Under the pieces are notes generated by a model, which saw nothing but the letters and a program-made list of their open reading frames with translations, did not search any database and was not told the origin of the DNA. A stretch of DNA of 64,000 nucleotides from Octopus sinensis (Eukaryota). This document shows, one piece after another, positions 63,525 to 64,000 of the stretch. Position 1 is the stretch's first letter; every line of letters begins with the position of its first letter. Made by a program: the position numbers and the translations under genes. The stretch lies in assembly GCF_006345805.1 (NCBI RefSeq), contig NC_043009.1:9052001-9116000 (forward strand). The letters run 5' to 3'.

Positions 63525-64000
63525 CCTCCTTCTTTCTTTCCTTTCCTGAGCGTCCAATAACTGATTTTCCACGTCCTTGCGTTGTTGTGTTTTCTCTTTG
63601 TGTTTTCATGTTTGGATTAAATATATATATATATACGTGTGTGTGTGTGTGTTTATGCATATGTGTATGTGTGCATTTTTGTGTCTGTTGCCATGTCTTT
63701 GTTTGTGTTGATGCCACCTGAAAAATGGTGCTCTGTGATCATGTCCCATAACTTATTAGTTCAATACTAGTATTGATCAAATAAATACCACTCTTACAAA
63801 AAGAAAATAAATACTGGGGCTGATATGATTAACTAAAGCCCTACAAGATGATGCTCCAGCTTGGCCTCCTTCTACAAACACATGACTTGTGCCAAATTTT
63901 GGAAATTACTGTTATTGATTTTTAACTGTTGTACCAGGCCACGCATTTAGTAGGGAGGACACCATCATCATTTTAATATCCACATTTCCATGTTTGCATG

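Overview
Eukaryotic, AT-rich, repeat-dense genomic DNA, almost certainly Octopus, judged from its characteristic tRNA-derived SINE families and (TA)n tracts. The only recognisable host gene is a + strand STIL (SAS-5/Ana2 family) ortholog. Thirteen coding exons from 8123 to the stop at 44307 splice in frame to about 1166 aa; the roughly 150 N-terminal aa lie upstream of the window. The protein carries the STIL N-terminal domain, the PRxxPxP CPAP-binding motif, the central coiled coil, STAN, TIM and the LDxxxLxQxPKL C-terminus. The rest is SINEs, LINE 3' ends, hAT/piggyBac/Tc1-mariner MITEs, Helitrons and microsatellites. Most striking non-coding signals: (1) a set of minimal type-I hammerhead-ribozyme motifs of the Penelope-like-element kind in several unrelated repeats, one with a fully intact core (7151-7241, minus strand); (2) a tRNA-headed element with inverted hammerhead-bearing arms; (3) a 598-bp spacerless palindrome; (4) a 1.2-kb inverted duplication; (5) an inverted Helitron pair bracketing the large STIL exon. 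All analysis was done by eye. Repeat boundaries are approximate and repeat family names are provisional.
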